DNA of 64,000 nt from Mobula hypostoma. Its lineage: Eukaryota. Positions 37,701-51,099 of the stretch are shown here, piece by piece. Within the stretch, counting starts at the first letter, position 1. Each line of letters opens with the position of its first letter. The stretch is taken from the NCBI RefSeq assembly GCF_963921235.1, contig NC_086108.1, positions 94,428,001 through 94,492,000 on the forward strand, in the 5' to 3' direction. The notes beneath the pieces are model-generated. The model was given only the letters and a program-made list of their open reading frames with translations. It was not told where the DNA came from and did no database searches. The translations under genes and the position numbers were made by a program.

Positions 37701-40193
37701 TGGTGTTGAACGCACTGGGGAAGTCAAAAAACATGACCCTCACAGTGCTCGCTGGTTTGTCCAGGTGGGCGTAGACACAGTTCAGCAGGTATACGATGGC
37801 ATCCTCAACTCCTAGTCGGGGCTGGTAGGTGAACTGGAGGGAATCTAAGGGTCTCTGATTCCTCATCCTCCCCTAACCCCACTCTCCCTGAACATCCCAA
37901 ACCCCCTCTCCCTCCTGAGACCTCCCAATCTTCACCCTTCTCCAACCCCAGCCCCAACCCTTGCAATGTCTTCACCATCCCCTCTAACCTTCCCCTCTCT
38001 GAGGCAGAACGTTCTGTCCTTAGCAAGGGCCTCACTTTTGTCCCTCTCCGTCCACACCTCAGTGAGTTCCGTGCCCGCCATGACACTGAACTCTTCTTCC
38101 GTCGCCTACATCTCCGAGCCTACTTCTTTGGCAAGGATTCCCCTCCTGCTATAGATGACCCCTTCTCCTGTCTTCAACCCTCCTCCTCCTCCTGGACACC
38201 CCTACCTGCACTCGATCTCTTCATCTCCAACTGTCGCCAAGACATCAACCGTCTCATCTTCACCACTCCTCTCTCCTGTTCCAACCTCACTCCCTCTGAA
38301 TGCACTGCCCTCCACTCTCTCTGCACTAATCCCAACCTCACCATAAAACCTGCTGACAAAGGTGGTGCCGTAGTAGTCTGGCGGACGGACCACTACCTCA
38401 CTGAGGGCAAACGGCAGCTCTCTAACACCTCCTCTTACTTACCCCTGGAACAGGACCCCACCAAAAAACATCAAACCATTGTCTCCCGTACCATCACTGC
38501 CCTTATCAACTCCAGAGACTTTCCATCCTCAGCCACTAAACTCATTATTCCCACACCCCGTACCACTCGGTTTTACCTCCTCCCAAAGATACACAAGCCT
38601 GACTGTCCTGGTAGACCCATAGTTTCGGCCTGCTCCTGTTCAACCGAACTTGTATCTGCCTACCTGGACTCCATTTTGTCACCCATAGTTCAGTCCCTCA
38701 CCACCTACATCCGCGATACATCCCATGCCCTTCACCTCTTCAATAACTTCCAGTTCCCCGATCCCAACCGCTTCATTTTTACTATGGATGTCCAATCCTT
38801 ATACACCTCCATTCCCCATCAAAAAGGCCTCAAAGCCCTCCACTACTTTCTGGATAACAGACCTCACCAGTTCCCCACCACCACTACCCTCCTCCGGTTG
38901 GCGGAACTGGTTCTCACACTTAATAACTTCTCTTTCGGCTCTTCCCACTTTCTTCAGACTAAGGGTGTAGCTATGGGAATTCGCATGGGACCCAGCTACG
39001 CCTGCCTCTTCGTTGGTTATGTGGAACAGTCTGTGCTCCAAACCTATTCTGGTACTGCTCCCCAACTTTTCCTTCGATACATTAACGACTACATGGGTGC
39101 TGCTTCCTGCACCCATGCTGAGCTCATCATTTTCATCGACTTTACTTCAAACTTCCACCCAGCTCTCAAATTCACTTGGTCTATCTCTGACACTTCTCCT
39201 CCCTTTCTCGATGTCTCGGTGTCCATCTCTGGAGACAGACTGTCCACTGACATCTTCTACAAGCCCAGTGATTCTCATAACTACCTCGACTATACCTCTT
39301 CCCACCCTGCCACATGCAAAAATGCCATTCCCCATTCCCAGTTCCTCCGTCTCTGCCGCATCTGCTCCCAGGATGAGGCTTTCCGTCCCAGGACATCTCA
39401 AATGCCCTCTTTCTTTAAGGATCGTGGTTTCCCTTCTACGGTGATCAATAATGCCCTCACCTGCATCTCCTCCATTCCCCGCACTTCGGCCCTCACCCCA
39501 TCTTTCCGCCACCACAACAGGGACAGAGTTCCCCTTGTCCTCACCTACCACCCCACCAGCCTCCGGATCCAGCACATTATCCTCCGCAACTTCTGCTACT
39601 TTCACAGGACCCCACCACTAAGCACATCTTTCCCTCTCCACCCCTCTCCACTTTCCGCAGGGATCGATCCCTCCACGACTCACTTATCCACACGTCCCTC
39701 CCCACGGATCTCCCACCCGGCACTTATCCCTGTAAGCGTAAGTACTACACCTCCTGTCTTGCCACCATTCAGGGCCCCAAACAGTCCTTCCAGGTGAGGC
39801 AACACTTCACTTGTGAGTCTGTTGGGGTCATCTATTGCATCTGGTGCTCCCGGTGCGGCCTCCTCTATATTGGTGAAACCTGACGCAGGTTGGGGGACCG
39901 CTTCGTCGAGCACCTCCGCTCCGTCCGCCACAACAGACAGGATCTCCCAGTAGCCACCCACTTCAACTCTGCTTCCCACTTCCATTCAGACATGTCCATA
40001 CATGGCCTCCTCTACTGCCATGATGAGGCTAAACTCAGGTTGGAGGAGCAATACCTCATATACCGTCTAGGTAGTCTCCAGCCCCTTGGTATGAACATAG
40101 AATTCTCCAACTTCCGGTAATTCCCTCCCCCTCCCTTCCCCTATCCCTACTTCACATCACCTCCCTCATAGATCCGCCTCCTTCTACTACTGC

Positions 40194-41061
40194 TGTGACA
40201 AGAATACACATAGATGTTAGCTGTCCTGTGTGATCAGCAGTTGGTCTGCCACCTGTCTTTGGGAGAGAGAGAGAGATAAGGAAGACAATTGAGCAGCATT
40301 TGGAGATGTGTAATGAAGGGACGGGAGAGAGAGCTGTCTAGAGCGGCTCCCCCTTTGAACCCTGAACTGTTTGAAGTGATGGACAGGCGATACCCCAGCA
40401 GGGGGATAAAAAGGGACAGGTTCGCTAAGGCAGGACACACACGACACCACGAGGTAACGAGACCCTGGAAGCAGTGCCCCCACCCCGCAAGTCGGCGGGA
40501 GTCGTTTGGAAGGCTGATTGCGGAACCAAGCCATAGATACACAAGGTGGAAAGGTATGATCAGCGGGAACCCGGTGTGTGTCCACCCTTGCTTGGGTGCC
40601 AGGTTCACTGCAGAGGATCGACCGCATCTGGAGGAGGGGTCACAGTCGGTGACCTCAGGTGACATCACAAAGGACTCGCCCGAAAGCTGCTTGTGAGCAA
40701 TATCGTAGGTCTGTGTGTGGAAGCCATTTCGAATGATCATTCGTTCTCGTTCTCTCTCCTTTCCCCCCACATTGTCCATCGCCACGGCAACGATTACTGC
40801 GAACTGAACTAAATTGGACTGAACTTTGCGTCACTTTGAAATTGGTCATTTACCCCTAGACAACGATAGAGCTTGATTGATCCTGTTATCTTAATTCTGT
40901 GCACATGTGTGTTTATCATTGCTGAACTGTTGCATTTATTATCCTTTCGATTACTGTGTTGCTTGTTTCTTTAATAAAACTTTCTTAGTTCTAGTAATCC
41001 AGACTCCAACTGAGTGATCCATTTCTGCTGGTTTGGCAACCCAGTTACGGGGTACGTAACA
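40194..41061 (+). mobile_element. Solo LTR (868 bp) inserted in the Penelope 3'UTR
   Basis: TGTGAC...GTAACA termini, 4-bp TSD CTGC (40190-40193, 41062-41065), AATAAA at 40973. Absent from Penelope copy 2 at the equivalent site (~49800). Confidence 0.85.
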
Positions 41062-41181
41062 CTGCGCATTGTTCTCCTGCCAATCACCTCCCTGCTTCCC
41101 CTACCCCACCCCTTTTTCTTTCAAATTACTGTTTTTTTCAAGTACCAGCATTCTTCAAACCCTCCCCAAAGTTCTTCCTTC

Positions 41182-41217
41182 AGTCCTGACGAAGGGTTTC
41201 GGCCCGAAACGTCAACT
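41182..41217 (+). ncRNA. Minimal hammerhead ribozyme at the 3' end of Penelope copy 1
   Basis: AGTC-CTGACGA-AGGG tttcgg CCC-GAAA-C-GTC^AACT. Core intact, one stem I mismatch next to the cleavage site. Confidence 0.7.
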
Positions 41218-42507
41218 AATCTTTTCAACTGATGCTGACTGACCTGCTGAGTTCCTCCAGTGCATTGTGAGTGTTCCTTTGACAACAGCATCTGCAGATT
41301 ATTTTGTGTTGGGGATCTAAGTGTGGCCTGACCATAGGCTGGAGCAGCTCCAGAATAAGTCTCTCCAGGGTCTTCATGATGTGGGAGGTCAATGCCACCA
41401 GTCTGTAGTCATTGAGGCCGCTGGGGTGCGGCGTCTTCGGCACAGGGACGAGGCAGGACGTCTTCCACAATGCAGGAACCCTCCGGAGCCTCAGGCTCAG
41501 GTTGAATACATGGCAAAGTACTCCACATAGCTGAGGGGCACAGGCTTTGAGCACCCTGGTACTGACACCATCCGGTCCTGCAGCCTTGCTTGGGTTGAAA
41601 CGTTTCAGCTGTAGAGCTGTGAAGCCCACCATGGTGGTTTCGTGTGGGGGAGGGGTATAGTCATGAGAGCAGGGTGGGGGACTGTGAGGAGGGGTTGGAG
41701 GGGAGAGTGGAATATGTGTTGGTTGGGGGTCGACAACAGATGACTCATGTGGGGGATGGGCAGGGGCCACAATGTCAAATCTGTTAAAGAACAGGTTAAG
41801 TTCGTTGGCCCTGTCCGCACTGCCCTCAGCTCCTCTGTTGCTGGAGTCAGAGGGACAGAGGTGAGGGAGTCCACCCTTACCACCCGCCGGCAATCTGACA
41901 AGAAGTCCAGGATCCAACTACACAAGGCCGGGTGAGGAACGAGGTCTCTGAGCTTCTTGTCGAGCTTGGAGGGAATTATGGTGTTGAATGCTGAACTGTA
42001 GTCCAAGAACTGCATTCTCACATAAGCATCCTTCTTCTCCGGATGTGTAAATACTGTGCAAGGAGCTGTGGCTATTGTGTCGTCTGTCGAATTGTAGGAG
42101 ATTGTATTTTCCATTTGTTAGATAGTCTCCATTTGTCAGCAGTGTGGCGATTAGTGCAACAGTTCACAGCACCAGCGACTAGGGTTCAATTCCCACTGCT
42201 GTCTGTAAGGAGTTTGTACGTCACCCTGTGACTATGTCGGATTCCTCTGGGTGCTCTCGTTCCCTTCCACATTCCAAAGGTGTACAAGTTACTATGTTAA
42301 TTGGTCACATGGGTGTAATTGGGTACCACAGGTTCAGTGAGCCAGCAGCGCCTGTTAGCACGCTGTATCTGTAAACAAAAATTGTCACTTCATTTAATCT
42401 TAGTATATCCCTTTGTAGCCCCTTCATGTCCTCTCACGGATTAATTCCCAAATTACCTGTGCACCATCAGCGACGTTAGTAACCGCACCCTTAATCCAAG
42501 TTATTTA

Positions 42508-43007
42508 TGAGGGGTGATTGATAAATTCGTGGCCTAAGTAGAAGGAGTCAATTTTACAAAACCTAGCACATTTATTTTTCCTACATTTGTACACTTAGTC
42601 CAGCGGTCGTGGAGCATACGGATCCCTTCTTTGTAAAAGTCGACGTCTTGGACCTCCAGTAAATGGTCCACAGCAAGGGTGATTGATAAGTTCATGGCCT
42701 AAGGTAGAAGGAGATGAGTTATACAGCTCTTGTCACATGCACGTGCAGTTCAACTCTTTGAGTGATTATGCAGAAAGTTTGAAGTTAATAACTCATCTCC
42801 TTCTACTGTGGGCCACGAACTTATCAATCACCCCTGCTGCGGACCACTCCAAGACGCTGACTTCTACAAAGAAGGGATTCGTATGCTCCACGACCGCTGG
42901 ACTAAGTGTGTACATGTAGGAGGGGACTATGTTGAAAAATAAATGTGCTAGGTTTTCTAAAATTGATTCCTTCTACCTTAGGCCACAAACTTATCAATCG
43001 CGCCTTG
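42508..43007. mobile_element. Mariner-derived palindromic MITE (500 bp) with four TIR copies
   Basis: Flanked by TA on both sides; TIR GAGGGGTGATTGATAA.TTCGTGGCCTAAG. 42850-42942 encodes QDADFYKEGIRMLHDRWTKCVHVGGDYVEK*, a mariner transposase C-terminus. Confidence 0.88.
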
Positions 43008-43304
43008 TATATAAACTGTAAAAAGTTCTGGCTCCAGTACGAATTCTTGTGACACACCACTCAATACAAAGTTCCTCATGCTCACTTCTGCCTAATATTT
43101 AGCAAAATAATTCCATATCCTAGGATTATAACACAGAACCTTTACAGGAGGCCAATTAGAATATGGTACAAGGAGACAGATAAATACTTATAGAGGTTTA
43201 ACGCAAAATAAAAACTTCTACAAGGTGAATTCCTGTCAAAGTTAATTCCTCTCTTATTTGTTTAAACTATACATACATGGATACATTGATACATAAAGAA
43301 TACA

Positions 43305-46052
43305 TACATGGAATTATGATGTAGTGGCCATTACAGAGACTTGGCTGGCACCAGGGCAGGAATGGATTCTCAATATTCCTGGATTTCAGTGTTTTAAAAG
43401 GGATAGGTGTGGGGGGGAGGAGGGGTGGCATTACTGGTCAGGGTTACTATTACAGCTACAGAAAGGGTGGGTAATGTAGCAGGATCCTCTTTTGAGTCAG
43501 TATGGGTGGAAGTCAGGAACAAGAAGGGAGCAGTTACCCTATTGGGAATATTCTATAGGCCCCCTGGTAGCAGCAGAGATACAGAGGAGCAGATTGGGAG
43601 GCATTGGAAAGGTGCAAAAATAAGTGTTGTTATCATGGGTGACTTTAACTTCCCTAATATTGATTGGCACCTGATTAGTTCCAAGGGTTTAGACGGGGCA
43701 AAGTTTGTTAAGTGTGTCCAGGATGGATTCCTGTCACAGTATGTGGACAGGCCGACTAGGGGGAAAGCCATACTAGATCTAGTACTAGGTAATGAACCAG
43801 GTCAGGTCACAGATCTCTCAGTGGGTGAGCATCTGGGGGACAGTGACCACCGCTCCCTGGCCTTTAGCATTATCATGGAAAAGGATAGAATCAGAGAGGA
43901 CAGGAAAATTTTTAATTGGGGAAGGGCAAATTATGAGGCTATAAGGCTAGAACTTGCAGATGTGAATTGGGATGATGTTTTTACAGGGAAATGTACTATG
44001 GACATGTGGGCGATGTTTAGAGATCTCTTGCAGGATGTTAGGGATAAATTTGTCCCGGTGAGGAAGATAAAGAATGGTAGGGTGAAGGAACCATGGGTGA
44101 CAAGTGAGGTGGAAAATCTAGTCAGGTGGAAGAAGGCAGCATACATGAGGTTTAGGAAGCAAGGATCAGATGGGTCTATTGAGGACTATAAGGAAGCAAG
44201 AAAGGAGCTTAAGAAGGGGCTGAGAAGAGCAAGAAGGGGGCATGAGAAGGCCTTGGCGAGTAGGGTAAAGGAAAACCCCAAGGCATTCTTCAATTATGTG
44301 AAGAAAAAGAGGATGACAGGAGTGAAGGTAGGACTGATTAGAGATAAAGGTGGGAAGATGTGCCTGGAGGCTGTGGAAGTGAGCGAGGTCCTCAATGAGT
44401 ACTTCTCTTCGGTATTCACCAATGAGAGGGAACTTGATGGTGAGGACAATATGAGTGAGGTTGATGTTCTGGAGCATGTTGATATTAAGGGAGAGGAGGT
44501 GTTGGAGTTATTAAAAAACATTAGGACGGATAATTCCCCGAAGCCTGACGGAATATTCCCCAGGCTGCTCCACAAGGCGAGGGAAGAGATTGCTGAGCCT
44601 CTGGCTAGGATCTTTATGTCCTCATTGTCCACGAGAATGATACTGGAGGATTGGAGGGAGGCGAATGTTGTCCCCTTGTTTAAAAAAGGTAGTAGGGATT
44701 GTCCGGGTAATTATAGACCAGTGAGTCTTAGGCTTGTGGTGGAAAAGCTGTTGGAAAAGATTCTTCGAGATAGGATATCTGGGCATTTTGAGATTCATGG
44801 TCTGATCAAGGACAGTCAGCATGGCTTTGTGAAGGGCAGATCGTGTCTAATAAGCCTGATAGAGTTCTTTGAGGAGGTGACCAGGCATATAGATGAGGGT
44901 AGTGCAGTGGATGTGATCTATATGGATTTTAGTAAGGCATTTGACAGGGTTCTGCACAGTAGGCTTATTCAGAAAGTCAGAAGGCATGGGATCCAGGGAT
45001 GTTTGGCCGGGTGGATTCAGAATTGGCTTGCCTGCAGAAGGCAGAGAGTTGTGGTGGAGGAAGTACATTCAGACTGGAGGATTGTGACTAGTGGTGTCCC
45101 ACAAGGATCTGTTTTGAGACCTCTACTTTTCGTGATTTTTATTAACGACCTGGACGTGGGGGTAGAAGGGTGGGTTGGCAAGTTTGCAGACGACACAAAG
45201 ATTGGTGGTGTTGTAGATAGTGTAGAGGATTGTCAAAGATTGCAGAGAGATATTGATAGGATGCAGAAGTGAGCTGAGAAGTGGCAGATGGAGTTCAACC
45301 CAGAGAAGTGTGAGGTGGTACACTTTGGAAGGACAAACTCCAAGGCAGAGTACAAAGTAAATGGCAGGATACTTGGTAGTGTGGAGGAGCAGAGGGATCT
45401 CGGGGTACATGTCCACAGATCCCTCACAGGTGGATAGGGTAGTTAAGAAAGCTTATGGGGTGTTAGCTTTCATAAGTCGAGGGATAGAGTTTAAGAGTCA
45501 CGATGTAATGATGCAGCTCTATAAAACTCTGGTTGGGCTATACTTGGAGTACTGTGTCCCGTTCTGGTCACCTCACTATAGGAAGGATGTGGAAGCATTG
45601 GAAAGGGTACAGAGGAGATTTACCAGGATGCTGCCTGGTTTAGAGAGTATGCATTATGATCAGAGATTAAGGGAGCTAAGGCTTTACTCTCTGGAGAGAA
45701 GGAGGATAAGAGGAGACATGATAGAGGTGTACAAGATATTAAGAGGAATAGATAGAGTCGATAGCCAGCGCCTCTTCCCCAGGGCACCACTGCTCAATAC
45801 AAGAGGACATGGCTTTAATGTAAGGGGTGGGAAGTTCCAGGGGGATATTAGAGGAAGGTTTTTTACTCAGAGAGTGGGTGGTGCGTGGAATGCACTGCCT
45901 GAGTCAGTGGTGGAGGCAGATACACTAGTGAAGTTTAAGAGACTACTAGACAGGTATATGGAGGAATCTAAGGTGGGGGGGTTATATGGGAGGCAGGGTT
46001 TGAGGGTCGGCACAACATTGCTGTACTATTCTATGTTCTATATGTTCTATAT
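43305..46052 (+). mobile_element. CR1-type LINE, nearly full ORF2 (APE endonuclease + RT), disrupted
   Basis: VAITETWL, GGGVAL, YRPP, MGDFNFP, LDLV, SDH; SQHGF, GVPQGSVL, FADDTK. Stop at 45270-45272 plus frameshifts; (ATGTTCT)n tail. Confidence 0.95.
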
Positions 46053-47084
46053 ATGAACTGAAAACAATTTAATAAGAACACCTGCTTGAAATGCTTAAAT
46101 GAAAATTACAAAGTTACATTTTATTTCCTCTTGTTGGTTCCACTTCAAGTTTTTAAGGGGACGAGCTGAGAACTTTACAGATCTCCTAGGTTTAACACTC
46201 TAAAATACTCTCAACCAGGGAGCCATTGATTTGCATGAGGAAATTGTGCTTGTTATGCCTACTAGTGGGGGGAGGGGAGGCTGGGAATTATATCTAGAAA
46301 CTGCCTGAATCTAAAAGGCAGAATGAATAACCAATAGGAGAATTTTCAGTCAGCCAGAAAAAATAAATTTACAAAGAGCAGATCATGTCTCGCAGAGCTA
46401 ACTGAATTATTTGAGGAAATGGCTAAAGCAGGGAATTGTTTGTAGATCATAAACACAAGAGGTTCTGCAGATGGTGGAAATCTATGGAGGGGAGTGCACA
46501 GTTGACATTTCAGGTGGTATTGGCGTGAAACAGTGACTGCTTATTTCACCACATGGATGCTGCCTGGCTTGCTGATTTCCTCCGAAACTTTATGATTGTT
46601 TTAGAATTTTACTTTTGGAAGCCTATTTAATGAGGTCCAGCATAAGAGATGAAGATGAAGTTAATAGAATTAAAGGGAAACTATTGAACTGTGAGGTAGG
46701 TCAAAACTAGCTGAGTTGTAGGAGACAGTTGTGTTATTTAGTAGGAGCTCAACTTGACATGAAAATCCAAACAAAAATGCAGAAATCTGAATCTGATCTG
46801 CTGGAAATCTGAAAAATACCAAAAAAAAATACACTGTTGGAAACACTCAGCAGATCCGACAGCATGTGTGGAAAGCAAGAAAGAGTTGATAATTTGAGTC
46901 CATGGCTTGTCATGATTAAAGTGTTAACTCTTTTTCTCTTTTCACTCAATATGACATGATGTGATATATGCTGTCCTACAAGGACCTCGTACAGTATTGG
47001 GACCTCATCGATTCACTGAATTTACCAATAGCTTGGATTAGAGGGTAGAAAGCCACACATCTCAGTCTTGTCAATGATAAGGAA

Positions 47085-50055
47085 GCTCCAGCCTGGACCG
47101 CGACCACTCGGACCTCGACTTCTCAGGCCTTCGGCAGACCGGAGACACATCCGCCTCTGATTCTCACCCCGACTGGAACCACCGCCTCCTGAAAAGGGGA
47201 ACCAGCCCCCGGCGAGCCATGGACTCACTCGCCTCCGACTCCGACCTCAGTTCTGAGGCCCTGCAGGCTACAGGCTCTGTTACCCCCAGTTTGGACCGAG
47301 ATACCGACACCCTCCAAACCGGAACCGCTCCTACTGCCACTGGGTCCCACCGCCCACCTTATTCCCCCAATACCCTCTTTCCACCCAGCGACTCCCAAAC
47401 TTCCCTCTACCCCTCATCGCCCCTCCATTCCTCTGATTCCTCATCCTTCCCTAACCCCGCTCTCCCTGAACATCCCAACCCCCTCTCCCTCCCGATACCT
47501 CCCACGCTTCACCATCCTCCGACCCCAGCCCCAACCATTGCCGTGTTCACCATCCCCTCTGACCTTCCCCTCTCTGAGGCAGAGCGTTCTGTCCTTAGCA
47601 AGGGCCTCACTTTTGTCCCCCTCCGTCCACACCTCAGTGAGATCCGTGCCCGCCATGACACGGAACTCTTCTTTCGTCGCCTACGTCTCCGAGCCTACTT
47701 CTTTGGCAAGGATTCCCCTCCCGCTATAGATGACCCCTTCTCCTGTCTTCAACCCTCCTCCTCCTCCTGGACACCCCACCCGGGCCTTCTACCTGCACTC
47801 AATCTCTTCATTTCCAACAGTCGCTGAGACATCAACCGTCTCATCTTCACCGCTCCTCTCTCCTGTTCCAACCTCACTCCCTCTGAACGCACTGCCCTCC
47901 ACTCTCTCCGCACTAATCCCAACCTCACCATCAAACCTGCTGACAAAGGTGGTGCCGTAGTAGTCTGGCGGACGGACCACTACCTCATTGAGGGCAAACG
48001 GCAGCTCTCTAACACCTCCTCTTACTTACCCCTGGAACAGGACCCCACCAAAAAACATCAAACCATTGTCTCCCGCACCATCAACGCCCTTATCAACTCC
48101 AGAGACTTTCCATCCTCAGCCACTAAACTCATTATTCCCACACCCGTACCACTCGGTTTTACCTCCTCCCAAAAATACACAAGCCTGACTGTCCCAGTAG
48201 ACCCATAGTTTCTGCCTGCTCCTGTCCAACCGAACTTGTATCTGCCTACCTGGACTATATTTTGTCACCCATAGTTCAGTCCCTCCCCACCCACATCCGG
48301 GATACATCCCATGCCCTCCACCTCTTCAATAACTTCCAATTCCCCGGTCCCAACCGCTACATTTTTACTATGGATGTCCAATCCTTATACACCTCCATTC
48401 CCCATCAAGAAGGCCTCAAAGCCCTCCACTACTTTCTGGATAACAGACCTCACCAGTTCCCCACCACCACTACCCTCCTCCGGTTGACGGAACTGGTACA
48501 CACACTTAATAACTTCTCTTTTGGCTCTTCCCACTTTCTTCAGACTAAGGGTGTAGCTATGGGAACTCGCATGGGACCCAGCTACGCCTGCCTCTTCGTT
48601 GGTTATGTGGAACAGTCTGTGCTCCAAACCTATTCTGGTACTGCTCCCAACTTTTCCTTTGGTACATTGACGACTACATTGGTGCTGCTTCCTGCACCCA
48701 TGCTGAGCTCATCAATTTCATCGACTTTACTTCAAACTTCCACTCAGCCCTCAAATTCACTTACTCTATCTCGGACACTTCTCTCCCCTTTCTCGATCCC
48801 TCGGTCTCCATCTCTGGAGACAGACTGTCCACTGACATCTTCTACAAGCCCAGTGACTCTCATAACTACCTCGACTATACCTCTTCCCACCCCGCCACAT
48901 GCAAAAATGCCATTCCCCATTCCCAGTTCCTCCGTCTCTGCCGCATCTGCTCCGAGGATGAGGCTTTCCATTCCAGGACATCTCAAATGTCCTCCTTCTT
49001 TAAGGATCGTGGTTTCCCTTCTACCGTCATTAATGATGCCCTCACCCGTATCTCCTCCATTTCCCACACTTTGGCCCTCACCCCATCCTCCCGCAACCAC
49101 AACAGGGACAGAGTTCCCCTTCTCCTCACCTACCACCCCACCAGCCTCCGGATCTAGCACATTATCCTCCGCAACTTCCGCCACCTTCAACAGGACCCCA
49201 CCACTAAGCACTTCTTTCCCTCTCCAACCCTCTCCGCTTTCCGCAGGGATCGGTCCCTCCGCGACTCCCTGATCCACACGTCCCTCCCCACGGATCTCCC
49301 ACCTGGCACTTATCCCTGTAAGCGTACGTGCTACACCTGTCCCTACACCTCATCTCTTGCCACCATTCAGGGCTCCAAACAGTCCTTCCAGGTGAGGCAA
49401 CACTTCACTTGTGAGTCTGTTGGGGTCATCTATTGCATCCGGTGCTCCCAGTGTGGCCTCCTCTACATCGGTGAAACCCAACACAGACTGGGGGACCGCT
49501 TCGTCGAGCACCTCCGCTCCGTCCGCCACAACAGACAGGATCTCCCAGTAGCCACCCACTTCAACTCTGCTTCCCATTCCCATTTAGATATGTCCATACA
49601 TGGCCTCCTCTACTGCCATGATGAGGCTAAACTCAGGTTGGAGGAGCAACACCTCATATACCGTCTAGGTAGTCTCCAGCCCCTTGGTATGAACATAGAA
49701 TTCTCCAACTTCCGGTAATTCCCTCCCCCTCTTTCCTCTATCCCTATTTCACTCTATTCCCTCCCCCAGCTCCCTCATGGTTCCGCCTCCTTCTTCTACT
49801 ACCCATTGTTTTCAGGGCTATGACGTCAATGCTTCCCCTCCCCCACCCCTTTGTCTTTCAAATTACTGGTGTTTCAACTGAAGCTACAAGCATTCTTCAA
49901 ATCCTTCCCCATCCTTCATTCTTCAGTCCTGACAAAGGGTTCCGGCCCGAAACATTGACTCATCGTTTCTAACTGATGCTGCCCGACCTGCTGAGTTCAT
50001 CCAGCGTACTGAAAGTGTTGCTTTGATCACAGCATCTGCAGATTATTTTGTGTTT
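47085..50055 (+). mobile_element. Penelope-like retroelement copy 2 (RT + GIY-YIG, disrupted); Cys-rich linker suggests the Neptune group
   Basis: Same motifs as copy 1, linker PCKRTCYTC, EN ORF 49392-49718. Mutated hammerhead at 49925-49960. Perfect TSD ATGATAAGGAA (47074-47084, 50056-50066). Confidence 0.93.
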
Positions 50056-51099
50056 ATGATAAGGAAATGTAGCTGGGAGTATAAAAATATTACTTGATAA
50101 CAGATTAAACAAATGGGGAAAACTGTAGAAGAGTACTTTCAGTGTAGGTGTTAGGGAAATTAATTTGCTAAGGAAATTCAGTTAAAGTTGATCACAAGTA
50201 AATTATACATGGACTTTGAAGTAAAGAGAGCTTTATTGACGATATTGTGGGGAGTGGAACCTCTAATAGTGAGTTTTGAACTCCCAATAATACAGAGAGC
50301 CCAACTCCTTTTATACATGTACAAATCCATTGCAAAAGCAAAGCCTGTTCGATTAACTTTGTATTAGAAACATAGAAACATAGAAAATAGGTGCAGGAGT
50401 AGGCCATTCGGCCCTTCGAGCCTGCACCGCCATTCAGTATGATCATGGCTGATCATCCAACTCAGAACCCTGTACCAGCCTTCCCTCCATACCCCCTGAT
50501 CCCTTTAGCCACAAGGGCCATATCTAACTCCCTCTTAAATATAGCCAATGAACTGGCCTCAACTGTTTCCTGTGGCAGAGAGTTCCACAGATTCATCACT
50601 CTGTGTGAGAAGAAGCTTTTGCTAATCTCGGTTCTAAAAGGCTTCCCCTTTATCCTCAAACTGTGACCTCCTTGTTCTGGACTTCCCCAACATTGGGAAC
50701 AACTTTCCTGCATCTAGCCTGTGCAATCCCTTTAGGATTTTATATGTTTCAATAAGATCCCCCCTCAATCTTCAACCCTCAACGACCAGTTTGTCTCATA
50801 TCAGTTTGTCTAATTCTTACAAGATAAACAACTGCAAGTATTTACTCGAAGAATCATCTCTGCTGAAAGCCAAAGCCACATCTATAACAAACTAAGCTGC
50901 ATACTGGCTTCCATACTCAAAAAGCCAACATCGACCGTTCGTCTATCAAAATCTTTAACTCTCAATATTTTCCTCCACAGTAGACAAATATCAGGTCAAA
51001 ACTTTTGACAAATAATGAACTTAAGTGGCAGAAGACTAATGGAAAAATGCCATGGCCATTTACAGGCATTTATCAAAAGTACTGTTGGAATATTGGCCC

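Larger units (their letters stand above)
37850..41310 (+). mobile_element. Penelope-like retroelement copy 1 (RT + GIY-YIG, 5'-truncated, disrupted)
   Basis: LSKGLTF, KPADKGG, TMDVQSLYTSIP, GVAMG..GPSYA, RYIND, FLD, YKP; VIYCI.CS.CGLLYIGET..RFVEH. TSD GGGAATCTAAG (37839-37849) / GGGGATCTAAG (41311-41321). Confidence 0.93.
36610..41843 (-). mobile_element. Rex1/Babar-type LINE B (36610-37849 and 41311-41843) inserted in LINE A
   Basis: KAAGPDGV..NDYRLVALTS..HLDP continues as LQFTYQP..FFDFPSAFNTI..GAPQGTVLSP..KFSDD..YLG. Tail (ATGACT)n; GAGTCA is repeated at both junctions. Confidence 0.9.
35667..42100 (-). mobile_element. Rex1/Babar-type LINE A (35667-36609 and 41844-42100), outer host of the nested stack
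   Basis: YVRMQFLDYSSAFNTI..WILDFL (right piece) continues as TGVPQGCVLS..KFAVDTT..KAKQRLF (left piece). (TCAAT)n tail. Confidence 0.85.

Noticed and set aside
43407..45272. 621-aa ORF as a functional or domesticated gene
   Set aside because: Ordinary CR1 ORF2 with frameshifts at its 5' end, a premature stop after FADD and a typical LINE tail.
37850..50055. The two long Penelope copies as a segmental duplication
   Set aside because: They have different 5' truncation points, different TSDs and unrelated flanks, so they are independent insertions.
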